A DNA stretch of 64,000 bases from Eledone cirrhosa (lineage: Eukaryota): assembly GCA_964016885.1 (NCBI GenBank), contig OZ024759.1:22878001-22942000 (forward strand), read 5' to 3'. A model generated the notes under the pieces. The model made no database searches, was not told where the DNA came from, and saw only the letters and a program-made list of their open reading frames with translations. Position numbers and translations under genes: made by a program. This document shows positions 25,955-40,557 of the stretch, piece after piece (positions within the stretch are counted from its first letter, which is position 1; each line of letters opens with the position of its first letter).

Positions 25955-26850
25955 TATATACATACATATATATTCATATATATAAAAGACATATATATAC
26001 ATACATATATACTCATATATATAAAGACATATGTATATACATACATACTCATATATATAAAGACATATGTATATACATACATACTCATATATATAAAGAC
26101 ATATATATATACATACATATATACTCATATATATAAAGACATATATATACATATATACTCATATATATAAAGACATATATATACATACATACTCATATAT
26201 ATAAAGACATATATTATATATACATACATATATACTCATATATATAAAGACATATATATACATATATACTCATATATATAAAGACATATATATACATACA
26301 ATATATACACATATATATAAAGACATATATATATACATACATATATACTCATATATATATAGACATATATATATACATACATATATACTCATATAATATA
26401 AAGACATATATATATACATATATACTCATATATATAAAGACATATATATATACATACATATATACTCATATATATAAAGACATATATATACATACATATA
26501 TACTCATATATATAAAGACATATATATAGTACATACATATACACTCATATATACAAAGACATATATATAGTACATACATATATACTCATATATACAAAGA
26601 CATATATATATACATACATATATACTCATATATATAAAGACATATATATATGCATACATATATACTCATATATATAAAGGCATATATATATGCATACATA
26701 TATACTCATATATATATATGCATACATATATACTCATATATATACACATATATACGCATACATATATACTCATATATATAAAGACATATATATACTCATA
26801 TATATAAAGACATATATATATGCATACATATATACTCATATATATATATA
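25955..26850. repeat. TA-derived minisatellite, about 32-40 bp (ACTCATATATATAAAGACAT core)
   Basis: More than 20 recurrences of the core. Confidence 0.92.
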
Positions 26851-27013
26851 TATAGAATTAGTATATCTACTAACATATATATATACTATGTTTATTCCCT
26901 TTCAGAAACTAATTAGTTGGAGTGAAATTTTAGTAAGTAAGTTAATTTTATTTATAATTTTCTCTTATTTTACGTCTTTCAATATTATATATAAAGACAC
27001 ACACACACATATA

Positions 27014-27086
<73 letters not shown>

Positions 27087-27115
27087 ATATATATATATAT
27101 ATATTATATATATAT

Positions 27116-27147
<32 letters not shown>

Positions 27148-27347
27148 NNNNNNNNNNNNNNNNNNNNNNNNNNNNNNNNNNNNNNNNNNNNNNNNNNNNN
27201 NNNNNNNNNNNNNNNNNNNNNNNNNNNNNNNNNNNNNNNNNNNNNNNNNNNNNNNNNNNNNNNNNNNNNNNNNNNNNNNNNNNNNNNNNNNNNNNNNNNN
27301 NNNNNNNNNNNNNNNNNNNNNNNNNNNNNNNNNNNNNNNNNNNNNNN
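27148..27347. other. Assembly gap (200 N)
   Basis: Run of n. Confidence 1.
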
Positions 27348-27636
27348 TATATATACACGTGCCGATCGTCAGATCGCATAAAAGGAACGATGCTTTTATT
27401 GGTCTTTCCATTACTTGTGCTATTTGACGATAGAAACAGCAGAAAGCGGTGGGATCTGAACACGGAATGCATAGCCAGTTTAGATACATATTGATATATG
27501 TGTATACCTACACACATACACGTGTGTAAAGCGTGATGTGCGCAGAGATACCATAAGGATACTTTATAAAATAGGGCGAAGGCAATTAAAACAATGTAAA
27601 AGAAATTGGAATCGGTCACTGTGAGAAAGTGAGCGC

Positions 27637-27639
<3 letters not shown>

Positions 27640-27689
<50 letters not shown>

Positions 27690-28124
27690 ACATTTATTAT
27701 ATATATATATATATATAACCATTCACATTATATATATATATATATATACACACATATATATATATAAACATTTATTATATATATATATAACCATTCACAT
27801 TTATATTATATATATATACATACATATATATATATATATATAAGCATTCACATTTATATTATATATATATACAAGCATTCCCATTTATATTATATATATA
27901 TACAAGCATTCACATTTATATTATATATATATACAAGCATTCACATTTATATTATATATATATACAAGCATTCACATTTATATTATATATATATACAAGC
28001 ATTCACATTTATATTATATATATATACAAGCATTCACATTTATATTATATATATATATATATATATATAAGCATTCACATTTATATATATATATATATAT
28101 ATAAATATATACATTATATAAGCA

Positions 28125-28164
<40 letters not shown>

Positions 28165-28172
28165 TATAAGCA

Positions 28173-28209
<37 letters not shown>

Positions 28210-28509
28210 ACATGAATACATTAATAAAGACGCTAGGTGAGAGAGAGGTAGAGAAGGGGTGAGAGGCAAATAGATAGAAATCTAATAGGATTTAAGAATA
28301 AATTGATGTGAATTTATTATTTACATGCAGTAATAAAGCAAAGTTTATTGATTTGCTATCGTTTTTATCTGTTGATGTCTTAACATAACGATCTTCATTA
28401 CGTTGGATCACCATTGAAATATAATTCAACGTTTGTTATAATTGCAACAGACATAAAGATTGGAGGAATTAATATATGTGTGTGTGTGTGTGTGTGTATA
28501 TATACACAT

Positions 28510-28556
<47 letters not shown>

Positions 28557-29099
28557 TATATATATACACACACATATATATATATATATATACACACATA
28601 TATATATACACACACACACATATATACATACATGCACACAATCGCATACATATATACATACATATATATACACATATACACATACCTATATATACACACA
28701 CATACATGTATGTACATATATATATATACATACATGTACGTTCACATATATATATACATACATATATATACACATATACACATACCTATATATACACACA
28801 CATACATGTATGTACATATATATATATACATACATGTACGTTCACATATATATATACATGTACGTTCATACATACATATATATATATATATGTACACACA
28901 TATTCATATATATATATCTATATATATGTGCGTGTCTATGCATATATATATGTGTGAGTGTATATATATATATATATATATATGTGCGTGTGTATGCATA
29001 TATGTGTGAGTGTATATATATATGTGCGTGTGTATGCATATATATATGTGTGAGTGTATATATATATTATATATATATATAATATATATATATATATAT

Positions 29100-29141
<42 letters not shown>

Positions 29142-29171
29142 AATATATATATATATAATATATATATATAT

Positions 29172-29214
<43 letters not shown>

Positions 29215-29435
29215 TATATATATATAAAAAATATATATATATATATAAAAAATATATATATATATATAAAAAATATATATATATATATAAAACGTGTGCG
29301 TGTGTGCGTGTGTGCGTGTGTGTGTGCGTGCGTGTGTGTGCGTGTGTGTGCGTGTGTGTGTGCGCGCGTGCGCGTGTGCGTGTGTGTGTGTGTGTGTGTG
29401 GCTGTGTGGCTGTGTGGCTGTGTGGCTGTGTGGCT
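27640..29435. repeat. Compound TA/CA/TG microsatellites, including a CAAGCATTCACATTTATAT minisatellite of about 31 bp (27840-28180)
   Basis: Directly visible. Confidence 0.9.
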
Positions 29436-29712
29436 GTCGAAATTTTAATTAAAGTCTCCAGCATTTGTTAACGCTTGTAAATCAATTATTTGCGATAATT
29501 AAACCGGAGTAATGACATTAATTCTAATGGCTTAGCTAAGATTTCATATCCGTAATTTCTGATGTGTTTATTTCAGGACTTTTAACATATCTAATATAGA
29601 ACATTCGTGCCTGTCAACATTCTAACACCTCTAGCTATGGCTTTCTTCTTTGACGTTTCTCTTGTATTCTATTACATGTGATTATGAGACAGTTCTAGTA
29701 CAGCTCTTGTCC

Positions 29713-29779
<67 letters not shown>

Positions 29780-30944
29780 TTTTTTATATATATATATATA
29801 CTTTTATATATATATATATATATATATACTTTATATATATATATATATATATATACTTTATATATATATATATACTTTTATATATATATATATACTTTTA
29901 TATATATATACTTTTATATATATATATACTTTTATATATATATATACACTTTTATATATATATATATACTTTTATATATATATATACTTTTATATATATA
30001 TATATATAATGCCAAAAGTTTCCGCAGAAAGAACGAAGAAAAACGTCGTCCGGCTCTTTAACACCATCTGCCCAGTTACCCTCACAAGGCATGGGTCAAT
30101 CAGAGGCTTCGGTAAATGAGAATTCGTGAATAAACCACACGTTGGGATCGAACTCAGAACCTAATGATGTGAAACGTACTCCTAAAACCATTCTGCCACG
30201 CTGCCTCTATAATGTGCCAATAACAACAAATATGAAATATAGAGGTATTTAATACAACAGTTGAACGAATTTACCAATTCGCTAGAATAAGCACCGTATG
30301 GCAGTTTTGTCGGACAGATCAAACGATTCTGCCAATGGAGCTCCTTTATCGATTGCCAGACTACGATAGAGATATTGATTTTGGCGAGACATACGTTAGA
30401 GGCGTTATAAGTTAGAGACTATCAACTGACTTTAGTAAAGGAGGCCAACAAACAAGAATGGAATGAAAACAAACAACACAATATAAAGAAATACGATGTA
30501 TCTAAAAGTAAGCAATATTTACTTCTAGAATACTTTAGTCGTCAGAATTATATGCTGCAATAGAGGAGGAAATTGATCGACAACATCTCAACCTTCATTC
30601 GCTTGCTGAGTGGCGTGGACTTCATTAAATCGGACCAAAGAAACAATGTTTCTACTTGTTTTTCCATTGATGATACAATCTAACGGTCGCAATTGTGCGA
30701 AACAGCACATGGCATCCCAGATTAAAGACTATGATTTTAAACGAGATGTCGTCATAGTTTTAAAAAGTAATGCTGCATGTGCAAAGTACAAACTATTACA
30801 TTTTGTGATGATTTAGTAGAAAATATTTGTAAAAAATAAGCTTTCTTCATCGAAATGTTTATAATACCTTTACTAGTGGATAAATTGTTTTTGAGGAATT
30901 GCAGTATTAAACTAAACTAAACTAAAGTATGGATTAAAGTTTTT

Positions 30945-31310
30945 CTTCTTCGTCCACTTGTTCCTGAGAGGGCCGTGGGGGCAGAGTCCTCAAACACTCC
31001 CTCCAGCGGGTACTGTTAGAAGCAACCTCTGCAACGGATCTGGTAGGATCCCCAAGCGTGAACAGCCAAACTCATGGATGTTATCCAACCATCTTGCTCG
31101 GGGTCTGCTCGGGGTCTACCCATGGGTCTCATGCCTGTTGGCTTGGCCCATAAAATCTATCCAGCAATTCTTTTCTGAGACATTCTAACCACATCCATAG
31201 TATTGGATCTGTGATCTATCAATTTGGAGAAGTAGCGGCTCTACCTGGAGTGACTCTCTGATCTCCGAGCTACGCACTTTATCGAATATTATGACTCCGA
31301 AAACTCTAGT
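30945..31310 (-). mobile_element. RTE-clade LINE 3' fragment
   Basis: Reverse strand: RVFGVIIFDKVRSSEIRESLQVEPLLLQIDRSQIQYYG, a frameshift, then RMSQKRIAG...ARWLDNIH. Confidence 0.85.
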
Positions 31311-31463
31311 CATATTTTGTAAAAGTTATGTTGCATTTGCAAATTTGTTAATTAATCCTTAATATTCCATGATGATTTAACAGAAAATATTAAAACGTTT
31401 ACAGTCTATTATTAAAGTAAAGATATGTGCAAAACAATGACAGTATTAGAGTAAAAATTAGTG

Positions 31464-31582
31464 AAGGTGTGTGGCTCAGTGACTTGGAGTATTGGATTCA
31501 TAATCGTCAAGTGGACAGTTCGATTTCCAGATTTGGTGACGCATTATGTCCTTGAGCAAGACACTTTATTTCACGTTGCTCA
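31464..31582 (+). mobile_element. CORE-type SINE (family B), 5' part
   Basis: TGGCTCAGTG A-box, GTTCGATT B-box, GTCCTTGAGCAAGACACTTTATTTCACGTTGCTC. Confidence 0.85.
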
Positions 31583-32368
31583 TTCTTCTAGGAATCACGA
31601 CCGGTAGATAGTATCAGCAATGGAAAGACCAATGGAAACATTGTTTTCTTGGTCCGATTTTACAAGCTCCACCTCACTCGGTAAGCGAATGAGGTCTGGG
31701 ATCTTGTGAATCGACTATCCTTCTTCCTCTTTCCAGAGTAAAATCCTTAACGATCTATGTGATGCTTGGTATTTCTCAAACGTATCTTCGTAATGCTGTT
31801 TCGTGTGGTACAGAAAATTCAGAGTTAAGTGAATAATGGTTTAAACCGAGAGGAGAAATCGATTTAAAGTTGTAAATATCAACAGGTTATGAGGAAATAA
31901 TGTTAATATCGTGCATCCAGTCAAGATCGATATACAAGCAGGCAAAGGCATTTAGATATCTAGGTGTTGAAAATGGACGGGTAGTGGTGGTGAGGAATGA
32001 TCAGGGATGTTTATATTAGTCAGGTCAATGACCGGAATGAAAGACATGCCAGCCCCATTGTCCACACGCGCACATAACACATAATTAAACATGAACACAC
32101 AGGGGAGATGTAAGTGGAACAGAGTGACAACGAAATATGTAATACACGCACATACACACACACACAAATATATACACACATTATATATATATATATATAC
32201 ACACACACATATATACATACATATATAATATTTTGTAAATCGAACTTTAACTGCAGTACAGCAAGAACTATTTGATTTGTTTGAGGCAATCACAAAGCAT
32301 TCAAGGGATCGAAAATTAATAACAAACATTAAGTCCAGAGTTAACACCGTAGTTATAAAATGTGACAC

Positions 32369-32404
<36 letters not shown>

Positions 32405-32564
32405 GTCATACAGGGAAAAAAAGCGCTTGAAAGCAACGATTCTTTGCTTAAACTTTAATCTGTTATTTTAATATATATATATATACAAAATCGATCGACT
32501 TTCGTCAAATCGGACCGAGGAAACAATGCTTGTGTCCGTCTTTCCAGTTACTAATACTATCTAT

Positions 32565-32599
<35 letters not shown>

Positions 32600-32610
32600 A
32601 ATACACATAC

Positions 32611-32641
<31 letters not shown>

Positions 32642-33049
32642 CACACATATACATATATATATACACATATACATATATATATACACACATACATATATAC
32701 ACACACATACATATATATATACACACACATATATATATATATATATATAACCATATGTAGTTGAGGGATGAGAGAAAGAAGTACTCAATACGGAAGTAGA
32801 GTTTGATGTATTGATGGAGGCCATGCTTCTCGAGCGGGAGCTAACTTCCGACTGGCGCGGTTGCGTTGCAACATGCATATTTAAGGGTCATGTTAGAACA
32901 TATGACACGTTAGTACAGAAAGTACAAAATCCTTCCATATGATTTTTAGCTATGTACTTGTTCCACGAACTTTTTGAAGCCCCTCGTACATACATATATA
33001 GTGTCTGCTGTACGAGGAACGGAGGATTTCTTTATTTATTGCCAGTATA

Positions 33050-33340
33050 CACTGAGGATGAAGAACTCAGAGCTGAACGGGAGCCTCCCAAAAGTCAGCT
33101 CGAAAGTAGCACAGAGGAGACTGGGGTTAGCTGGACATGTTCACCGACATTCAGAGTTGACACTGCACTCAGTGCTCCTGTGTGAGCCCCTGCATGGCCA
33201 CACTAGAAGAGGGGGGGGGGGTGACATATGTTGATGGTCAAAGAACAGACACTGGTCTCTTGGAGACGCAGGACATAGCAGCGATGATGAGGGACAGAGA
33301 CCGCTGGAGAAAACTCGTACATGGATCGCGGGAATTTTAC
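33050..33340 (+). mobile_element. Second RTE-clade LINE family, 3' fragment
   Basis: NSELNGSLPKVSSKVAQRRLGLAGHVHRH...VLLCEPLHGHTRRG, a frameshift, then TYVD..RTDTGLLETQDIAAMMRDRDRWRKLV. Confidence 0.82.
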
Positions 33341-34361
33341 AGACCCCCAGATAGATAGATTGCCGACCTCATAAGAACAAAGGGGTAACTTTAAAGCTCG
33401 GCAGGATTTGAAAACGCAGAGAGATAGCTAGAAAAAAACGTCACAAAGCGTTCTTTCCGTTCGGCGTTCTAACGCCTGTGCCAATTTGCCGTCGGTTAAA
33501 CAACGGCGTCCATATTGCAAAAGTACACTACTCGTAGGAGAAAGATTCTCTTCTCTATACAGTATATTTCTGATGTTTCCATGCACTAAAGAAGCTAGCT
33601 AGCTGCTATTCAAATTAGCTTCCAAACAATAGCAATATAACCCAACAATCAACAGCCGAAGAATACAATGAATTGTCGCTATAAATAACTCCTCTTGTCA
33701 CTTCTTACTTTTCAGCTGACCCTGTTTTATGTGACACAAACAAACTATACATACATTCATACATCTATATATATACATACATATACACATATATATTTAT
33801 ACATATATACATTCATACATATATCCGTATATATACATATATATATATATATATATAATCTTCTCTTCGGGTTATTTATTCTACACAAATGCATATTGGA
33901 TGAAATTAATCTTTTCCTTTTTCCTTTCGATCTGTTTCTCTTCTGACAGAATAAAATGGGAGAAAAAAAAAAACGTTTATTCTGGGAGACATTCAACGTA
34001 AAACTGTTGCATTTATTTTTATTCTACCGTTATTTCATTATTCATTTATACATGATAAACCTCGTCTCTGCGGTAATATTTCCATCATATTTAATTCTCT
34101 ATCGTATAGAAGCGCTTTGCACGTATTTATTGTAAATGCATGAGTGAAAAATATGGCGGTGTTGGCAAAAATTATTATCAATTTCCCTGTGGATAATTTA
34201 GCTGTATACATGTTATACATGTATACATGTTAACAAGTATTTTTCAATGGTTGTTGGTTTTTATATAATTCATTTTCAATACATAACACGTTTATTCCGC
34301 TTTTCCTTTACAAATCCTCACGTTTATGTGTGAGTCTATACTTGTGTGTGTATGTTTGTAA

Positions 34362-34417
<56 letters not shown>

Positions 34418-35352
34418 GTGTGTAAATATGAGTGCGTATATATGTAAATGTGTGTGTATATTATATATATATATGTGTGTGTGCAAATATGTGTACATGT
34501 GTGTGTGTGTGTATGTGTGTATATATTTATATATATATATGTGTGTCTATATATATATATATGTGTGTATATGTGTGTCTATATATATATATGTGTGTAT
34601 ATGTGTGTCTATATATATATGTGTGTATATGTGTGTCTATATATATATATATGTGTGTGTATAGTGCGCGTGTGCGCGTGCGTGCGTGTGCGTGTGCGTG
34701 TGCGTGTGTGCATGTGCATTTTGGGCCTGGAATAGATCTTACTAAAATATAAACTATACGAAATTTCGAATTCATACGAATTCATACCCGACCCTCTCCC
34801 TCCCTTTATTTCACATTAAATGGTGGCGGAGTGGTGATACGGTTAGACAGAAATTAGCTGAGTGAGTAAGGTAAATGATCTACTGTATCATGATTTCAAT
34901 TCTGATACTAATCAATCGTTATATATTTCTGGTGAAAATAATGATTTCTAGTATAGGCACAAGGCCAGTAAGTACGTTACTGGTACTTTATTTTATATAT
35001 ATATATATGTATGTATGTGTAAATATATATATGTATATGGTCTTTTGTCTCTTGTTCACGATTTCACCGAGTTTATATTCATAGAGATCTGGGACTTGTC
35101 TATTTCTTCTCACTTTCCGTTGCTTAAACCTTTTTGTTTGTTACCCTGGCGTCCCCTTTTTTTACGTGTCCCAACGACTTTTTTTAGCCGTTGTTCGCAC
35201 CAACCTGAGGAGGCATATGGCCCTTAAAGCGATGAAATGCCTGGGACGGTTGGAGGGTTACTGATGAAGGACTTACTTTTTCATATGCACCACCATTTGC
35301 AACGCGCAGCCATCATTATTATCATATTTACACATATATGTATATATATGTA

Positions 35353-35610
35353 TATAAGAATTAAAATACTAGAGTGTGTTGCAGTTAAACACCCTCTTCA
35401 TATTATAGAAGTGACAGTATAAGATATAGCTCAATGTAATTAAACAGAGCCGAAGAATTATAAAAAATAAACCAAAGAAGCCTTCAATACATCAAAAGTC
35501 TTTATTAGCCAACAATGGTTCGTCCTATTAAGTCCTTAATAGGACGAAACATTGTTGGCTAATAAAGACTTTTGATGTATTGAAGGCTTCTTTGGTTTAT
35601 TTTTTATAAT
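35353..35610 (-). mobile_element. Fold-back remnant of the 39772 hammerhead-bearing family
   Basis: 76-bp inverted arms (35457-35532 and 35535-35610, one mismatch). 35353-35525 is the reverse complement of about 39797-39965. Confidence 0.85.
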
Positions 35611-35629
35611 ATATATGTATATATGTATG

Positions 35630-35672
<43 letters not shown>

Positions 35673-36121
35673 GAACAAGGAATCAGTGTTGCATCATATA
35701 CATACTTAATTACATATTACATATCTCGATCAGATCGAACTAGACTCTGGAATCGGAAGCTCCTCCGATATGTTTTAACACGTAGACATTGCGTCTGAGA
35801 ATCTCATTTGACATGACATACCTACGGACGCAATTTATTTGCACTTATATATATATATATATATAATATATTTTAATATAGATGAGATTCTACAGGACTA
35901 GAACTGTTTCATTCTTTAGAAATCATCAGGAATCTGGGTATCAAAAAATAAATATGGTATTTATAGGTCCCTACAACTTTTATACTCTGCAATGTATTGA
36001 GTACCTTACTTACTGTGGTTACCTCCGATTCAACCCGGAATAACGTATATATAATATATATATATATTATATATATATTTATATATATATTATATACATA
36101 TATATTATTTATATATATATA

Positions 36122-36301
36122 TATAACGAAGGAAATGTGGTAGGGAACCAGATGGACCATAACGCACCAAAGTACTCAATACTTAGGGTAGTAGAATGGG
36201 TAATAGGAACGAGTAGGACCCCAACGGCTGAGCTCAAGCTGTTTCGACGGCTAATTCTGGACTAAATCCAGAATTAGCCGTCGAAGTCCTACTTGTTCCT
36301 A
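36122..36301 (-). mobile_element. Fold-back element family P1
   Basis: Colinear with 19786-19930. Hairpin TTCGACGGCTAATTCTGGA/TCCAGAATTAGCCGTCGAA. Confidence 0.8.
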
Positions 36302-36792
36302 TACATATATATACACATATATACATATATATATACACATATATATACACATATATATATATACACATATATATATACATATATATATATACACATATAT
36401 ATATACATATATATATATACACATATATATATACACATATATATATACATATATATATATACACATATATATATACACATATATATATACACATATATAT
36501 ATACACATATATACATATATATATATACACACATATATATATACATATATATATATACATATATATATACATATATATATACATATATATATACATATAT
36601 ATATACATATATATATACATATATATATACATATATATATACATATATATATACATATATATATACATATATATATACATATATATATACATATATATAT
36701 ACATATATATATACATATATATATACATATATATATACATATATATATACATATACATATACATATATATATACATATATATATACATATAC

Positions 36793-36823
<31 letters not shown>

Positions 36824-36824
36824 C

Positions 36825-36875
<51 letters not shown>

Positions 36876-36888
36876 CATATATATATAC

Positions 36889-36919
<31 letters not shown>

Positions 36920-37252
36920 CATATATATATACATATATATATATATACATATATATATACATATATATATATATACATATATATATACATATATATATAC
37001 ATATATATATATACATATATATATATACATATATATATATACATATATATATATACATACATATACATACATATATATATATACATACATATACATACAT
37101 ATATATATATACATACATATATATACATATATATATACATATATATATACATATATATATACATATATATATACATATATATATACATATATATATACAT
37201 ATATATATACATATACATATACATATATATATACATATATATATACATATAC

Positions 37253-37283
<31 letters not shown>

Positions 37284-37284
37284 C

Positions 37285-37335
<51 letters not shown>

Positions 37336-37348
37336 CATATATATATAC

Positions 37349-37379
<31 letters not shown>

Positions 37380-37576
37380 CATATATATATACATATATAT
37401 ATATATACATATATATATACATATATATATATATACATATATATATACATATATATATACATATATATATATACATATATATATATACATATATATATAT
37501 ACATATATATATATACATACATATACATACATATATATATATACATACATATACATACATATATATATATACATAC

Positions 37577-37637
<61 letters not shown>

Positions 37638-37656
37638 CATATATATATACATACAT

Positions 37657-37690
<34 letters not shown>

Positions 37691-37708
37691 ATATATACAT
37701 ATATACAC

Positions 37709-37739
<31 letters not shown>

Positions 37740-38434
37740 TATATACATATATACACATATATATATATACACATATATATATATACACATATATATATAT
37801 ATACACACATATATATATACACATATATATACACATATACACATATATATATATATATACACACATATATATATATATATACACACATATATATATATAT
37901 ATACACACATATATATATATATATACACACATATATATATATACACATACATATACATATATATATACACATATATACATATATATATACACATATATAC
38001 ATATATATACATATATATATACACATATATACATATATATACATATATATATACATATATATACATATATATATACATATATATACATATATATATACAT
38101 ATATATACATATATATATACATATATATATATATATACACATATATATATATACACATATATATACACATATATATACACATATATATACATATATATAT
38201 ACATATATATATATATATACACATATATATATATACACATATATATATATACACATATATATACACATATATATACACATATATATATATATACACATAT
38301 ATATATATATACACATATATATACATATATATATATATATACACATATATATACACATATATATATATATATATACACATATATATACATATATATATAC
38401 ATATATATACACATATATATACATATATATACAC

Positions 38435-38465
<31 letters not shown>

Positions 38466-38748
38466 TATACACATATATATACATATATACACATATATAT
38501 ACATATATATACATATATATACACATATATATACATATATATACACATATATATACATATATACATATACATATATATATATACATATATACATATACAT
38601 ATACATATATACATATACATATATATATATACATATATATATATACATATATATATATACATATATATATATACATATATATATATACATATATATATAT
38701 ACATATATATATATACATATACATATATATATACATATATATATATAC
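36300..38748. repeat. (TA)n/(CA) compound microsatellite, about 2.45 kb
   Basis: Directly visible. It produces the artefactual 800-aa ORFs. Confidence 0.98.
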
Positions 38749-39444
38749 ACCAACCTCGGAAGGCTCCCTCCTTAGACGGGCCTCCGACGTTCCGAAGGTG
38801 CTCGGCAATACGGGGTGCAAGTACGCCTGAGGTCTTGACGGCAACCGGTGTTAAGAAGAATCGTCGGACAATGTCCGGTATTTGTTAATTTTACGTTTTC
38901 TGCGAGGCGGGGTTTGTGGCCGAAGAGGGAACTGAAGGGGCGGTTTAGTCACCAACCACTCGAACAAGAAGCTGATTCTATTGGATTACATGGTAACAAT
39001 AGTAAGCAGAAGCCTGATATGATCTTAACTAATTATTTTAACTAATTCTCGACAATAAAATATTTAGTCAACGTATCTGCTCCATTGACTCCAATTTTTC
39101 TCTAGAAAATAATTGATATGATGATATGACTGACCTCTGTCAACATTACTGTTGACGTCAACAAGGCAGCTACCTCGAGCATATTACTGAACTTCAAAGG
39201 ATCGGAGTTGTAAACAAGTTGCTATGATTAAAGTAAATATATAATTTCATGTAATCATTAAACAAACATTTACCGCAAAGCAGTGTAGGCGACTTTGGAC
39301 TGTGTAGTGACAAATGTAATATTCTTCTGTAATATTCTTAGTGTGGTCAGAACAGGAAGTATCAAAAACTAAGTTGAAAATGTTTTATTTGGGAATATGG
39401 GGCAGGCCAATGAACCCTACACAGTGAAGGCGCATGTGTTGGTG

Positions 39445-39737
39445 GTTAGAGAGGGAGAGAGGGAAGGAGGGAAGGAGAGAGAGGGGGAGAGAGGGGGAGA
39501 GAGGGGGAGAGAGGGGGAGAGAGAGGGGGGAGAGAGGGGGGTGAGAGAGAGGGAGAGAGGGGGGGGGGATAGAGAGAGGGGGGTAGGGAGAGAGGGGGGG
39601 GAGAGGGATAGGGAGAGGGAGAGAGAGAGAGGGAGGGAGAGAGAGGGAGAGGGAGAGAGGGAGAGGGAGAGAGAGGGAGAGGGAGAGAGAGGGAGAGAGA
39701 GGGAGAGAGAGGGAGGGAGAGAGAGAGAGAGAGAGAG
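39445..39737. repeat. G/A-rich purine tract
   Basis: (GA)n and GGGGGAGA repeats. Confidence 0.9.
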
Positions 39738-39771
39738 GCCTGTTCTGGCCGTTAATACCTCGTCTTTTTCA

Positions 39772-39816
39772 TTGCTCTGATGAGTCCCGGTTAATGGGAC
39801 GAAACACTGTCAGCAA
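39772..39816 (+). ncRNA. Canonical minimal type I hammerhead ribozyme
   Basis: UUGCU-CUGAUGA-GUCCC gguuaau GGGAC-GAA-AC acu GU-C-AGCAA: all core nucleotides present, G-C closing pair in stem II, GUC cleavage site after 39811, AATAAA immediately downstream. Confidence 0.85.
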
Positions 39817-39960
39817 ATAAAGATTTTTGATGTATTGAAGGCTTTGTTTATTTTATATAATTTTTCGGCTCTGTTGGATAACATTGAGCTATACCCTATA
39901 CTGTCTTTTCTCTAATACGACGAGTGTGTTTAACTCCAATGCAATCAAGTATTCTAATCT

Positions 39961-39995
<35 letters not shown>

Positions 39996-40525
39996 TAAAA
40001 CTGTGTATGTGTATACACGCACACATATATATTCCCTGTTCATCTTTTGTCTCCATCCATGATTTTAATTAACGAGAACAGCTCTACTCAGTATGTTTTT
40101 CTATGTTAGCCGAAACTGTCTGCAAGCAGAAACGTCTTTTCCATTTTCCATCCTTTTATTCGTTTCGGATAATCACATGATCAGTTTTCAGGAAAACATT
40201 AATTTTACTAAATTTAAACATATTTCTTTCTTTATTTGTTGCTGTTTCCAAACATATTCCTATATAAACGCCACTATCCACCCACTCCACCGAACCCACC
40301 ACCAACGAACGACCATCTTCAGAAAAGAAAGTTATTCCTAAGAGCAAGAAATCGTGCTGTGAATGTTAAATCCGAAATCGCCCCTCTCTAGAAAGATTAT
40401 GAAGCTGCTATCTCTTTTGTCGTTTAAACGAAACAAATACATTACATAATTGTTGTTGCTGTTGTTGTCACATTTTAATTTGTAAACGAAAAAAGAAAAA
40501 TACAAACACACACATATATATGTAA

Positions 40526-40557
<32 letters not shown>

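Noticed and set aside
36234-38844. ORFs of 800-850 aa (also those at 950-2071, 28.4-30 kb, 41 kb and 52-55 kb)
   Set aside because: Pure TA/CA microsatellite that is open in several frames on both strands. The Y/I/H/T composition is an artefact.
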